A stretch of 36,314 bases of DNA from assembly GCA_964369015.1 (NCBI GenBank), contig CAYJDS010000002.1, forward strand, positions 1 through 36,314, in the 5' to 3' direction. This document shows, piece after piece, positions 27,237 to 36,026 of the stretch. The notes beneath the pieces were generated by a model, which made no database searches, was not told where the DNA came from, and saw nothing but the letters and a program-made list of their open reading frames with translations. Source of the DNA: an uncultured Staphylococcaceae bacterium (GTDB lineage: Bacteria; Bacillota_I; Bacilli_A; RFN20; CAG-826). The stretch's first letter is position 1. Every line of letters starts with the position of its first letter. The position numbers were made by a program, and so were the translations under genes.

Positions 27237-28577
27237 TTAGTCTCCTCTCCGGCTTGCTTTATGCTTTTCTTTAATAGCCTGCTTTATTTCTTGCCGTTTA
27301 TGACGTCGTTTAACGCGACTTATTTCTTCTTTAACTTTCTTCTTATAACGCGGTTCAACTTTTTTCTTGCGGGTGACGGCGACCGCTTTCTTAATCTTTT
27401 CTTCAAGCGCTTTTTCACTTACTGTGGCTTCTTTAAGACTTTTCTTAGGTTTCGGGGCATTAACAAACTCGCCACTGCGATAGAGAAGGGTTGTAAACTT
27501 AACGCCTTCTTTTTCAAGTTTAGCGACGGTTTTTAAGTCGTCATGATCATAGAGCGTAAAAGCTTCCCCTTTAGCGTAATTTCTTCCTGTGCGGCCCGCA
27601 CGATGGAAATAAAACTCTAAATCAAACGGAAAACTAACACTTAAGACGTGACTAACGTCGAGAATATCAATCCCGCGGGCGGCGATGTCACTTGCAACAA
27701 TAACTGAAAACTCATTATTTTGAACGCGTCTAAACATCGCTTTGCGTTTCCGCACTTCGAGTTCACCCGTTAAAATTCCAACCTTTAAGCCAGTCGCACT
27801 TAAATAATCATATAAACTCATGACTTCTTTATTCGTCGAACAAAAGACTAAGATTAAGTAAGGATTATAAGCTTTAATAAAGTCAAGGGTCACTTTTTGG
27901 CGGTCTTGATGATGAACGTCAATTAAGTGATGCGTTACGTCGTAACTCGTCTTTTCATGCTTATCAAGACTTAAAATACTCTTTACGCCGGTCTTTTTAC
28001 TAATTAAACTGACTAACTTTTGAGGAATAGTCGCCGAAAAGAGTTGTATTGTTAAGGGACTTACTTCTTCAATAATATTAACGATGTCATTATAAAACCC
28101 AGCGTCAAGTAACATATCTCCTTCGTCAAGGATTAACGTATGAACACTTTTTAAACTAGTGACGTCTTCACTTACTAAAAGATCTTTAAATCTGCCAGGA
28201 GTGGCAATAATTAATTGCGGTTTATTAACCAGGCGGTCTTTACTACGGCTTTTTTCAATCCCCCCCGCAAGGAGAAGAATATCAATTTGCCGATAGTCTT
28301 TATTAAGTTCAACACTGAAGTTATATAGTTGGCGCGCTAATTCACGCGTGGGAGCAAGAATTATTGCTTGGATCCCGTCAAACTTATTAAGCCGCGCTAA
28401 AAGGGGAATAAGGAAACTATGGGTTTTACCGCTGCCGGTCGCGCTTTTAACAATCAGTGACTCCCCGGAAAGCGCTAAAGGGATGACTTTTTCTTGAACT
28501 TCGGTCATTGTTAAATACCCATGTTTTGCAAGGGTCGCTACAAGCTGTGGTTCTAAATTATATTTTGCAAAATCCAT
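27237..28577 (-). CDS. DEAD-box ATP-dependent RNA helicase (CshB/YqfR-like) with motif II DEGD and a Lys/Arg-rich tail
   Basis: 446 aa. Q-motif region, [22 protein letters not shown] and HRAGRTGR. Its position next to nfo matches cshB in Bacillus. Confidence 0.85.
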   Translation of the reverse strand: MDFAKYNLEPQLVATLAKHGYLTMTEVQEKVIPLALSGESLIVKSATGSGKTHSFLIPLLARLNKFDGIQAIILAPTRELARQLYNFSVELNKDYRQIDILLLAGGIEKSRSKDRLVNKPQLIIATPGRFKDLLVSEDVTSLKSVHTLILDEGDMLLDAGFYNDIVNIIEEVSPLTIQLFSATIPQKLVSLISKKTGVKSILSLDKHEKTSYDVTHHLIDVHHQDRQKVTLDFIKAYNPYLILVFCSTNKEVMSLYDYLSATGLKVGILTGELEVRKRKAMFRRVQNNEFSVIVASDIAARGIDILDVSHVLSVSFPFDLEFYFHRAGRTGRNYAKGEAFTLYDHDDLKTVAKLEKEGVKFTTLLYRSGEFVNAPKPKKSLKEATVSEKALEEKIKKAVAVTRKKKVEPRYKKKVKEEISRVKRRHKRQEIKQAIKEKHKASRRGD

Positions 28578-28596
28578 CTCGTTTTTTTCCTCTTCT

Positions 28597-28635
28597 TCCT
28601 AACTTTCTACTACTAAACTACTAATTATTTACTTT
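28597..28635 (-). repeat. 39-bp stop-codon-rich intercistronic repeat, copy 1 (nif3 stop / helicase Shine-Dalgarno junction)
   Basis: The gene-sense read is AAAGTAAATAATTAGTAGTTTAGTAGTAGAAAGTTAGGA. It is identical at 38/39 positions to 33385-33423. Confidence 0.9.
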
Positions 28636-29411
28636 TGACTAGAAATAACCACTTTTGGGGGCATTTCGTGCTTAATCTTTATAATTTCTAAATTTGGTTC
28701 AATTCCGTGTAAAACTTCACGCATTTTTTCTAAAAAGATGTTTTCTATTTCGTGCGGTAAATCTAGATAATTATAATGGGCATTTAAGACGTCACGCCGG
28801 ACGTAATGCGGTGCGTCCCCACTTATATAAATATCATATCCTTCTTCAAGTGCACTACCCCAAGCGCGACTGCCGCCCCCGCCAATTAAGGCGACCGACT
28901 TCACTTCTTCTTTTCCGCCGTGAACTAGGAGGCCGTAGTGTGAGCCAAGCTTTGCGACGGCGTAGTTTGCAAAGTCATTAATATTCATTGGTGAATTTAA
29001 GAACCCGCCCCGGGCCATCGGGTTACCAAGCAGTGGTTTAACGTCTTTTAATTCTAAAGCCGCTGCTAGCGCGTCATTCATTCCGTTTTCCCCTTCATCA
29101 AAATTCGTATGCATTGAATAAACCATCACAGGTAACTTATCAAGTCGCAAGGCTAATTCTTTCTTGGCGAGGTCGCGTTTAAAGACTTTAGTGCGTGTGC
29201 CGTAAATAAAGGGGTGATGGGTCAAGATTAAGTCGGGCTTATGACTTAAGGCTTCTTCCACGACTAACGCGTCTAAATCAAGGAGTAAAACAATTCGGTT
29301 AATCTCTTTTATCTTTTGTCCTGCCATATAACCAACATGATCATGGTTTTTAAGGGCCAGACGCTTAGGATAAAGACGTCCTAGTTTATTTAATAATTTT
29401 CTTGTTTCCAT
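28629..29411 (-). CDS. Nif3-family dinuclear metal-centre protein (YqfO/GTP cyclohydrolase 1 type 2 homologue), short form
   Basis: 260 aa. LILTHHPFIY, HTNFD and YISGD.PHY motifs. Conserved position after trmK. Confidence 0.82.
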   Translation of the reverse strand: METRKLLNKLGRLYPKRLALKNHDHVGYMAGQKIKEINRIVLLLDLDALVVEEALSHKPDLILTHHPFIYGTRTKVFKRDLAKKELALRLDKLPVMVYSMHTNFDEGENGMNDALAAALELKDVKPLLGNPMARGGFLNSPMNINDFANYAVAKLGSHYGLLVHGGKEEVKSVALIGGGGSRAWGSALEEGYDIYISGDAPHYVRRDVLNAHYNYLDLPHEIENIFLEKMREVLHGIEPNLEIIKIKHEMPPKVVISSQK

Positions 29412-30068
29412 TTATCTCTCCTCCAGTGCTTCTTTAATCGCTCTTTGTTCCGCGCTTAGTCTTTCACGTTTAAGACTCGTTAAGTTTGGTTTGCTTAAGA
29501 TATTTTCGTTCAGACGATATATTCGTTCCCACTTCGCCTTAAATTCATTACTTTGCGCTTTTAGATTAATTGGTCCAAAAACAGCTTCGAAGCCAGTTAA
29601 GGTTTGTTTTCCCGGCCTACTAACCACTACTTCGTAATAGTGGCCACTGTCAACGACTAGCTTTTCATCCACAATCATAAAGTTAAGTTTGTTTAAAGTC
29701 AGGCGCACTTCTTTTTCACTTCCTTGTGGGGCAAGGACTAATTTTCTAATGTTTTTTAGTGACTGAGGATACTTTAAGAGGATTTCAGTGATAAGGCTTC
29801 CGCCCATCCCCGCAATAACGAGTGTATTAACGGTTTTTGGCAAGTTTTTGATGCCGTCTGCTAAATCTACTTCGATTACTTCTTTTGCCGCGCTTGTTGC
29901 TGCTTTTAAGCGCGTATACGGGCCGCGTTTGTTTTCACTAGCGTAAACATAAGTGTGACCTCGTTTAACAAGTAAGAGCGGTAATAAGCCGTGGTCACTA
30001 CCAATATCAGCGACAACGTCTTCGTCACTAATAAACTCCGCGACAGCTAAAAGACGAGCTGGAATCAT
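29412..30068 (-). CDS. trmK: tRNA (adenine22-N1)-methyltransferase TrmK (YqfN)
   Basis: 218 aa. DIGSDHGLLPLLL and IAGMGG motifs. Immediately downstream of sigA as in Bacillus. Confidence 0.82.
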   Translation of the reverse strand: MIPARLLAVAEFISDEDVVADIGSDHGLLPLLLVKRGHTYVYASENKRGPYTRLKAATSAAKEVIEVDLADGIKNLPKTVNTLVIAGMGGSLITEILLKYPQSLKNIRKLVLAPQGSEKEVRLTLNKLNFMIVDEKLVVDSGHYYEVVVSRPGKQTLTGFEAVFGPINLKAQSNEFKAKWERIYRLNENILSKPNLTSLKRERLSAEQRAIKEALEER

Positions 30069-30070
30069 GC

Positions 30071-31546
30071 TTATTCGTTCCCGCGTAACCCTTTCGTGCG
30101 CGATGGATGGCGTAATTTCTTGATCGCTTTTGCTTCAATTTGGCGAATCCGTTCCCGGGTAACACCAAAAATCTTGCCAACTTCTTCAAGCGTCCGTGGT
30201 TTATCATCATCAAACCCATACCGCAGCCGTAAAACTTTTTCTTCGCGTGGAGTGAGGAATTCAAGCATATTTTCGCGTAATTGATCGTGTAAGATACTTT
30301 TGCGGACAAAGTCAGTCGGTGTTTCGTTATCTTTATCTTCAACAAAGTCGCCTAAATGGGAATCGTCTTCTTCCCCAATTGGTGACTCTAGACTTACTGG
30401 TTCCATGGCAATCGCTTGAATTTCGCGAATGCGCGAGGGTGAAAATTCGCGGAAGGCTTCACTTACTTCTTCAGCTGTCGGCACTCGTTTTAATTCGTTG
30501 GTTAAAAACTCAACTTTATCAACGACTTTTTTGACCTTATCAACGAGTTCTTCGTTAATGGGCGTTTCGTCTTTATGTTTATTAAGTTCAATGTATTCCG
30601 CGACTTGTTTGGGTGAAAAGGTAATAAGCGCGTCACTAATTTCTTCCGGAGTCGCGTCGCGACCAAACTCTTGGGTTAAGCGCCGTTGGGTGCGACTTAT
30701 TTTATTAATTGTTTCGACCATATGGACTGGAATCCGAATCGTCCGCGCTTGGTCAGCGATTGAACGGGTGATGGACTGCTTAATCCACCACGTCGCGTAA
30801 GTAGAAAATTTATAACCTTTGGTGTAATCAAACTTATCAACCGCCTTCATTAAGCCAATATTACCTTCGGAAATTAAGTCAAGCAGGTGCATATTGTTGG
30901 TGGAAGAATACTTTTTAGCTTGATTAAAGACAAGCCGTAAGTTCCGGGTTACGAGTTCGTCACGGGCATCCATATCGCCGTCATGCTTGTAGCGTCGCGC
31001 TAAGTTAATTTCTTCGTCGGCCTTAAGAAGGTGGAAACGACCCATTTCTTTCATATAAATCTTCACTGAGTCGCTGGTTTTAACTTCGCCTAAGGAAATC
31101 GTTTTAACGCGTTGGTTTTCTTCGTAATTTTCTTCTTCGTGATCTTTAAAAGCGTCGCCAAAGCTAAAGTCTTCGTCCTCTTCGAGCCCCAGTCCTTCTG
31201 CGTCAAGATCATCGTCTAGCGGTTCGTCTTCGTCGTCACCGAGGACAAGTTTAGCAAAATCAGGATCAAAATCATCGTTTTCAATGTCACTAATGACGGT
31301 TACTTTGTTTTTCTTAAAGTAATTAATTAGTTTATCAAACTCGGCGTCACTAAGACTAAGATGCTTGACGGCTTCGATAATATCATCTTGATCAAGTTGA
31401 TTGTTATTTTCTTGAGCGTCAGTTAAAAGTTGTTTCCTAATTTCATTAAGCGAAAACCCCTCTCCTTCTTCTTCATCTTCTTCCTCGGGTAATAATTCGC
31501 TCTCATCTAAATCGAGCATGTCGTCAGTTAGTTCTTTTTTACTCAT
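30071..31546 (-). CDS. sigA: Primary RNA polymerase sigma factor (SigA/RpoD), 491 aa, with a long acidic N-terminus and an internal duplicated segment
   Basis: Regions 2 to 4 are recognisable ([83 protein letters not shown]). Confidence 0.93.
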   Translation of the reverse strand: MSKKELTDDMLDLDESELLPEEEDEEEGEGFSLNEIRKQLLTDAQENNNQLDQDDIIEAVKHLSLSDAEFDKLINYFKKNKVTVISDIENDDFDPDFAKLVLGDDEDEPLDDDLDAEGLGLEEDEDFSFGDAFKDHEEENYEENQRVKTISLGEVKTSDSVKIYMKEMGRFHLLKADEEINLARRYKHDGDMDARDELVTRNLRLVFNQAKKYSSTNNMHLLDLISEGNIGLMKAVDKFDYTKGYKFSTYATWWIKQSITRSIADQARTIRIPVHMVETINKISRTQRRLTQEFGRDATPEEISDALITFSPKQVAEYIELNKHKDETPINEELVDKVKKVVDKVEFLTNELKRVPTAEEVSEAFREFSPSRIREIQAIAMEPVSLESPIGEEDDSHLGDFVEDKDNETPTDFVRKSILHDQLRENMLEFLTPREEKVLRLRYGFDDDKPRTLEEVGKIFGVTRERIRQIEAKAIKKLRHPSRTKGLRGNE

Positions 31547-31565
31547 AAACTATTGGTCTCCTTTA

Positions 31566-33377
31566 CTATTTTCGTTTATATTTTTTCGCAAGTTGTTTCT
31601 TTTGGTCAATAAAGCTAATCTTTAATGCCGTATATTCTTCCTCGTTACTAGCGCCGAGCAGCGCTTTTTCTTCACTCCGCTCTAAGCTTTTAAGTTCCCG
31701 TTCGTACATGATTATCCGACTAGCGTCATCAAGCAAGTCGTAATTTAGTTCGGCTTTTTGTGCTTCTTCACTAATTCCGAGTAATGTTTCAGTGTATTCA
31801 TTAACTGTCGCCTCGTCACTAAAACGCATTTCAACGTCATTAAGGAGTTCAGAATACGTCACTGGTGTGTCAGGACTAAACTCTTTAATGTAATTTGCTA
31901 AGTAGCGGTGGATATCGTTAGAGAACACTTTAACTGTTTCTTCGAAAAACGTTCGCGCTTCGGGAAAATGGAGCATTTGGTAAACTATTAAGCGTTCCGC
32001 CTGGGTAATACGGTTTAAAGTTTTCTTCATTGGCAAATGAGTTTTAACAACCTTCAACGCTTTTTCGTTTGCCATTTTTTTCTTTCGCATTTCTTCGTAC
32101 ATCTCATTTAAGACTAAGATATTAAACCCAGTTGCCTCACTCAGCTTATCAAGGAAAGCACTAACTTCAAGCCGACTCTTTAAATTAATAATGACTTCAT
32201 TAATAACGTCGTAAGCGACTTTTTTCTTGCTTTCAATATCAGTGGCGGCTTCTTGTGCCAAATAAAAGTTAAAGATAAAGTCTTCGCGCGAGATAAACGT
32301 ATTAATTTTTTCTTTTAAGACGTCTTTGCCGTATTTTTGCAGCATATCATCGGGATCAAGCTTTTCTTCATTTGGTTTAATAATTTGAAAGGCAATATTC
32401 GCGCTCATTAACTGCTTAATAATAGTGTTCGTCGCCATTTGTCCTGGTGTATCACTGTCTAACAATAAGCGGATTTCTTTATTAAGTTTTTTTAAAAGAC
32501 TCATTTGTTCTTTCGTAAAGGCAGTACCCATTAAAGCAACACTACTGGGGATTCCTGCGCGGTTAAGGGCAATAACGTCCATAAAGCCTTCCACTAAGTA
32601 AACATAGGGGACAATCATTAAGTCTTTGGCGTAATGATAGTTATAAAGTAAGCTCGACTTATTAAAAAGGGGTGTTTCGGGTGAATTAATGTACTTAGCA
32701 ACACTTTTATCGTTACTTAAAGTCCGGGCACTAAAGCCGACGACTTGGCCTTCACTATTAAGGAGGGCAAACATAACGCGTCCTTGATTACGGTCGTAAG
32801 GCGCCTCTAACTCGCCACTTAAGACCCCAATATCGGTTAAGGTTTTAACACTATGACCTTTACTTCGTAAAAATTCAATCGTCGCTTTGCCGTTACTCGG
32901 GGCGTAACCAATACGGAACCGCTTTTGTTCTGCTTCACTAATGCCGCGTTTTTCTAAATATGTTTTAGCACTAAGTCCTTCACTCGTTACTAAATTAAAT
33001 TCGTAATAGGCGGTTAAGTCATTAATCGCTTTAATTAAAGGCATTAAGGTGTTATCAACCGCTCGTTCAGGAACAAACTTTGTAAACACTTCATCTTTAT
33101 AATTAACTAGGGACGCAACTTTACGGCCCGCTTCAAAGTAATTAATCTTTTCGTAAAGTGAAACAAAGCGAATGGCGTTTCCGCCCGTATGACAAACAAA
33201 ACAATTGAAGATTTGCTTTTCAGGCGAGATAACCATGCTCGGGGAATGGTCATCATGAAATGGGCAAAGGGCAAAGTAGTTTTGACCTTTTTTTTCAACA
33301 CTTATATAGCGACTAATAATATCAACAATATTAACACTACTTAAGAGTCCATTAAATGCATTTGTCCGATTATCCAA
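31566..33377 (-). CDS. dnaG: DNA primase (TTG start)
   Basis: 603 aa. Zinc-binding motif CPFHDDHSPSM....FNCFVCHTGGNAIRF, Toprim (VEGFMDV, DSDTPG). AGGAG sits 6 nt before the TTG. Confidence 0.9.
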   Translation of the reverse strand: MDNRTNAFNGLLSSVNIVDIISRYISVEKKGQNYFALCPFHDDHSPSMVISPEKQIFNCFVCHTGGNAIRFVSLYEKINYFEAGRKVASLVNYKDEVFTKFVPERAVDNTLMPLIKAINDLTAYYEFNLVTSEGLSAKTYLEKRGISEAEQKRFRIGYAPSNGKATIEFLRSKGHSVKTLTDIGVLSGELEAPYDRNQGRVMFALLNSEGQVVGFSARTLSNDKSVAKYINSPETPLFNKSSLLYNYHYAKDLMIVPYVYLVEGFMDVIALNRAGIPSSVALMGTAFTKEQMSLLKKLNKEIRLLLDSDTPGQMATNTIIKQLMSANIAFQIIKPNEEKLDPDDMLQKYGKDVLKEKINTFISREDFIFNFYLAQEAATDIESKKKVAYDVINEVIINLKSRLEVSAFLDKLSEATGFNILVLNEMYEEMRKKKMANEKALKVVKTHLPMKKTLNRITQAERLIVYQMLHFPEARTFFEETVKVFSNDIHRYLANYIKEFSPDTPVTYSELLNDVEMRFSDEATVNEYTETLLGISEEAQKAELNYDLLDDASRIIMYERELKSLERSEEKALLGASNEEEYTALKISFIDQKKQLAKKYKRK

Positions 33378-33384
33378 TTCTTTC

Positions 33385-33423
33385 TCCTAACTTTCTACCA
33401 CTAAACTACTAATTATTTACTTT
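33385..33423 (-). repeat. 39-bp stop-codon-rich intercistronic repeat, copy 2 (glyQS stop / dnaG Shine-Dalgarno junction)
   Basis: The gene-sense read is AAAGTAAATAATTAGTAGTTTAGTGGTAGAAAGTTAGGA. It is identical at 38/39 positions to 28597-28635. Confidence 0.9.
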
Positions 33424-34779
33424 CTCAGTTAAATAAGCTTTTAAGTCACTAATTTTAACTCTGGTCTGCGCCATGGAGTCCCGTTCACGAACTGTCACTG
33501 CTTCGTCGTCTAACGTATCGAAATCAATCGTTAAACAAAACGGCGTCCCAATTGCGTCTTGACGACGGTAACGCTTGCCAATTGAAGCAGTTTCGTCATA
33601 AACACAACTAAAATGTTTAACAAGGTCTTGATGTAATTCCATTGCCTTATCACTAAGTTTCTTTTGTAGTGGTAAGATTGCAACTTGGTAAGGTGCGAGT
33701 TTTGGTAAAAGCCGCATGACAATCCGCGTATCGTTTTCGAGTTCTTCTTCAGTGTAACTATCCACTAACGTCATTAAGAGAAGCCGATCAAGCCCAACAC
33801 TCGGTTCAACACAGTAAGGAACATAACGTTCATTTGTTTCAGGATCTAAGTATTCAAAGCTTTCACCACTAAACTTCATGTGTTGTTTTAAGTCGTAATC
33901 AGTGCGGTCCGCAATCCCCCAAATTTCACCCCAACCAAACGGGAATTTATATTCAATGTCAGTTGTGGCCAAACTATAAAAACTTAATTCTTCGGCTGAA
34001 TGATCACGGAAACGTAAGTTTTCTTGATTAATTCCTAAGTCCTTGACGAAATTAATACAGTAATCTTTCCAATACGCAAACCATTCTAAGTCAGTTCCTG
34101 GTTTACAAAAGAACTCAAGTTCCATTTGGGTAAATTCACGGGTTCGAAAAATAAAGTTTCCGGGTGTAATTTCGTTTCTAAACGATTTACCAATGCCCGC
34201 AATTCCAAACGGCAGCTTTTTGCGCATGGTTCGTTGGACGTTTTTAAAGTTCACAAACATCCCTTGGGCGGTTTCTGGTCGTAAATATACTTCACTTTGA
34301 CTGTCTTCAGTAACGCCAATATGCGTTTTAAACATCATATTGAACTTCCGGATATCAGTAAAGTCTTTCTTTCCGCAGACCGGACACTTAATATCATGTT
34401 CACGAATAAAAGTCATTAACTCTTCGTTACTCATTCCAGCAACACTTGCCTCTGGCATTTGACTTTCAATTAAGTTATCAGCGCGGTGCCGTGCTTTACA
34501 GCTTTTACAGTCAATCAGTGGATCGTTAAATGTGGTAACGTGACCGGTTGCTTGCCAAACTTTTGGATTCATTAAAATCGCCGAATCAATTCCAACATTG
34601 TGGACTGATTCAGTGACAAACTTCTTCCACCATAAATTACTAATATTATTTTTGACACTTGTCCCAAGTGGTCCGTAATCCCATGAATTACTAAGCCCAC
34701 CATATATTTCACTACCTTGATAGACAAACCCACTGGTAATTAAGTGTGTAACGATTTTCTCAAATGGATATTTTCCCAT
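33409..34779 (-). CDS. glyQS: Glycine--tRNA ligase (single-chain alpha2 GlyQS type)
   Basis: Class II GlyRS motifs ([52 protein letters not shown]). The start is set to the ATG at 34779, which follows GGAGGG. The track's TTG at 34791 lies inside that Shine-Dalgarno. Confidence 0.92.
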   Translation of the reverse strand: MGKYPFEKIVTHLITSGFVYQGSEIYGGLSNSWDYGPLGTSVKNNISNLWWKKFVTESVHNVGIDSAILMNPKVWQATGHVTTFNDPLIDCKSCKARHRADNLIESQMPEASVAGMSNEELMTFIREHDIKCPVCGKKDFTDIRKFNMMFKTHIGVTEDSQSEVYLRPETAQGMFVNFKNVQRTMRKKLPFGIAGIGKSFRNEITPGNFIFRTREFTQMELEFFCKPGTDLEWFAYWKDYCINFVKDLGINQENLRFRDHSAEELSFYSLATTDIEYKFPFGWGEIWGIADRTDYDLKQHMKFSGESFEYLDPETNERYVPYCVEPSVGLDRLLLMTLVDSYTEEELENDTRIVMRLLPKLAPYQVAILPLQKKLSDKAMELHQDLVKHFSCVYDETASIGKRYRRQDAIGTPFCLTIDFDTLDDEAVTVRERDSMAQTRVKISDLKAYLTEKVNN

Positions 34780-34802
34780 AATTCCCTCCAATCATAGCGC
34801 TT

Positions 34803-34830
34803 AGTATACACTAATAGATTTTATAGTCAA
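34803..34830 (-). promoter_or_regulatory. Sigma-A type promoter for glyQS (short leader, no T-box)
   Basis: The minus-strand read is TTGACT, 16-nt spacer, TATACT, about 25 nt before the ATG. Confidence 0.55.
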
Positions 34831-35003
34831 CCCACTATCAGTGTTGTTATTAAAATTTTTTTCTTATTTTTTCATGACTGGCATATTATATTGTCCTCTT
34901 TTCAAAATAAATGAGGAACAAAATCCTCTCCAATGAGCAATTTAGGTGGTTTCGATGTAAAAACCGCGCCTTTTCCTATTGAAATGAAATATCTGTAAAA
35001 CAA

Positions 35004-35072
35004 ATTCCCAAAAATATAGGCGTTTTATTCCCAAAAATATAAGTGAATTATTCCCAAAATCTAAGATTCGAA
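35004..35072 (+). repeat. Three tandem 23-bp direct repeats (iteron-like)
   Basis: ATTCCCAAAAATATAGGCGTTTT / ATTCCCAAAAATATAAGTGAATT / ATTCCCAAAATCTAAGATTCGAA, starting at 35004, 35027 and 35050. Confidence 0.85.
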
Positions 35073-35182
35073 AGAACTACTTTATTCTATATAGCTATTC
35101 AGTACCTAGTGGCAAATAAAAAGGTGAATCCTCTTTTGTTAACATTTATATCAACGGACTTTTATAATATCATTAACAGTTA

Positions 35183-35217
35183 TTACACTCTATCGTAATT
35201 TGTTACACTCATCGTAA
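35183..35217 (+). repeat. Two adjacent copies of TTACACTC(T)ATCGTAA, with a third partial copy at 35291-35302
   Basis: TTACACTCTATCGTAA (35183-35198), TTACACTCATCGTAA (35203-35217) and CCACTATCGTAA (35291-35302). Confidence 0.75.
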
Positions 35218-35317
35218 CAAAAAGCGAGATTTTGTTTAGTTTGTAAATATTTGTAAAACAGCTGAATATGAATCACCACAAACTTAATATCCACTATCGT
35301 AAATTTCATTTCCTATT

Positions 35318-36022
35318 TTAGAAGAGTAATTCACTACTAATTAGTTTAAGGCCATATGTATCTTCAATGTACGTTAGCATTATTTTTAAAGGCTTAGTTA
35401 CTTCCTCGTCACTAAACTCATAACGGGTTAACTGTGTACTGTCAATCATGAAGCCGTAACGAATAATATCAATTTCTTTACCCCCCATATATATCGTGTG
35501 TGCGCCCGCGTGCGTTGAACAAACAAATCCGCCTAAAGTTAAGTCAAGACCAACAATGTTTGTTTTAGTCTTACATACAACACATTCTTCAGTCACAGGT
35601 TTTACTCCGAGGAGATTTAACAAGTTTGTTATATATAAATACACTAAAGAAAGATTTGCTTTAACGTCTGGTAATTTTAATAAGACTTCTTTTAGAAGCA
35701 CAAACGTTTCTTTAACAGAATTATCATCAATTAAGAGCTTTTGACTTATTTCGCCAATTGCGTTTAAAGCAATTAGTTTATTCGCGTCTAAATACACTTT
35801 ATGAATCGCGGAGAGTGATTTTATCCCCGATAGGAGAAAACCCGCTTTAGCGCTCGCTAATTCAACGTCAACGAGATTAAATAGCGTTAAGGAACCCGCT
35901 AGTTTTGAGTTAAGCCGTAAAGCACCGGGCGCCCGGAAAGTAATTTGTCCTTCCATACTTAAAGCATTAACAATATAATCTTTTTCGCGGTAGGGCGTAA
36001 GACGAATGATAATAACTTCCAC
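35318..36022 (-). CDS. recO: DNA repair protein RecO (GTG start)
   Basis: 234 aa. N-terminal OB-fold pattern (II.R...YREKDYIV) and a Cys-rich zinc motif (C.VCK...GGFVCSTH). Directly downstream of era as in Bacillus. Confidence 0.82.
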   Translation of the reverse strand: MEVIIIRLTPYREKDYIVNALSMEGQITFRAPGALRLNSKLAGSLTLFNLVDVELASAKAGFLLSGIKSLSAIHKVYLDANKLIALNAIGEISQKLLIDDNSVKETFVLLKEVLLKLPDVKANLSLVYLYITNLLNLLGVKPVTEECVVCKTKTNIVGLDLTLGGFVCSTHAGAHTIYMGGKEIDIIRYGFMIDSTQLTRYEFSDEEVTKPLKIMLTYIEDTYGLKLISSELLF

Positions 36023-36026
36023 TATT

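Larger units (their letters stand above)
34976..35317. mobile_element. Candidate non-autonomous (MITE-like) insertion: 10-bp perfect terminal inverted repeats plus a 5-bp flanking direct repeat
   Basis: CTATT|GAAATGAAAT at 34976-34990 and ATTTCATTTC|CTATT at 35303-35317. The 332-bp interior is non-coding and packed with two families of direct repeats. Confidence 0.3.

Noticed and set aside
34780-34791. The TTG start at 34791 for glyQS (MEGI...).
   Set aside because: The TTG lies within the GGAGGG Shine-Dalgarno that serves the ATG at 34779. The conserved GlyRS N-terminus starts at [10 protein letters not shown].
34941-34970. The plus-strand TTTAGGTGGTTTCGATG...AAACCGCGCC, which resembles a T-box core (GGTGGTACCGCG). 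I considered whether it is a Gly T-box for glyQS.
   Set aside because: It is on the wrong strand for glyQS, which is on the minus strand. The match is degenerate (GGTGGTTTCG against GGTGGTACCGCG), there is no Stem I or terminator context, and no plus-strand gene follows.
35004-35072. A check of whether the tandem repeats could be a CRISPR array.
   Set aside because: The repeats are contiguous with a 23-bp period and no unique spacers. There are only three copies, they are diverging, and no cas genes are present.
35190-35309. A minus-strand 39-codon ORF (MKFTIVDIKFVVIHIQLFYKYLQTKQNLAFCYDECNKLR) starting 8 nt after the recO stop.
   Set aside because: It is too short. The AGGA is only 1-2 nt from the ATG, and the ORF is built largely from the direct repeats and the inverted terminus. 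The composition looks non-coding.
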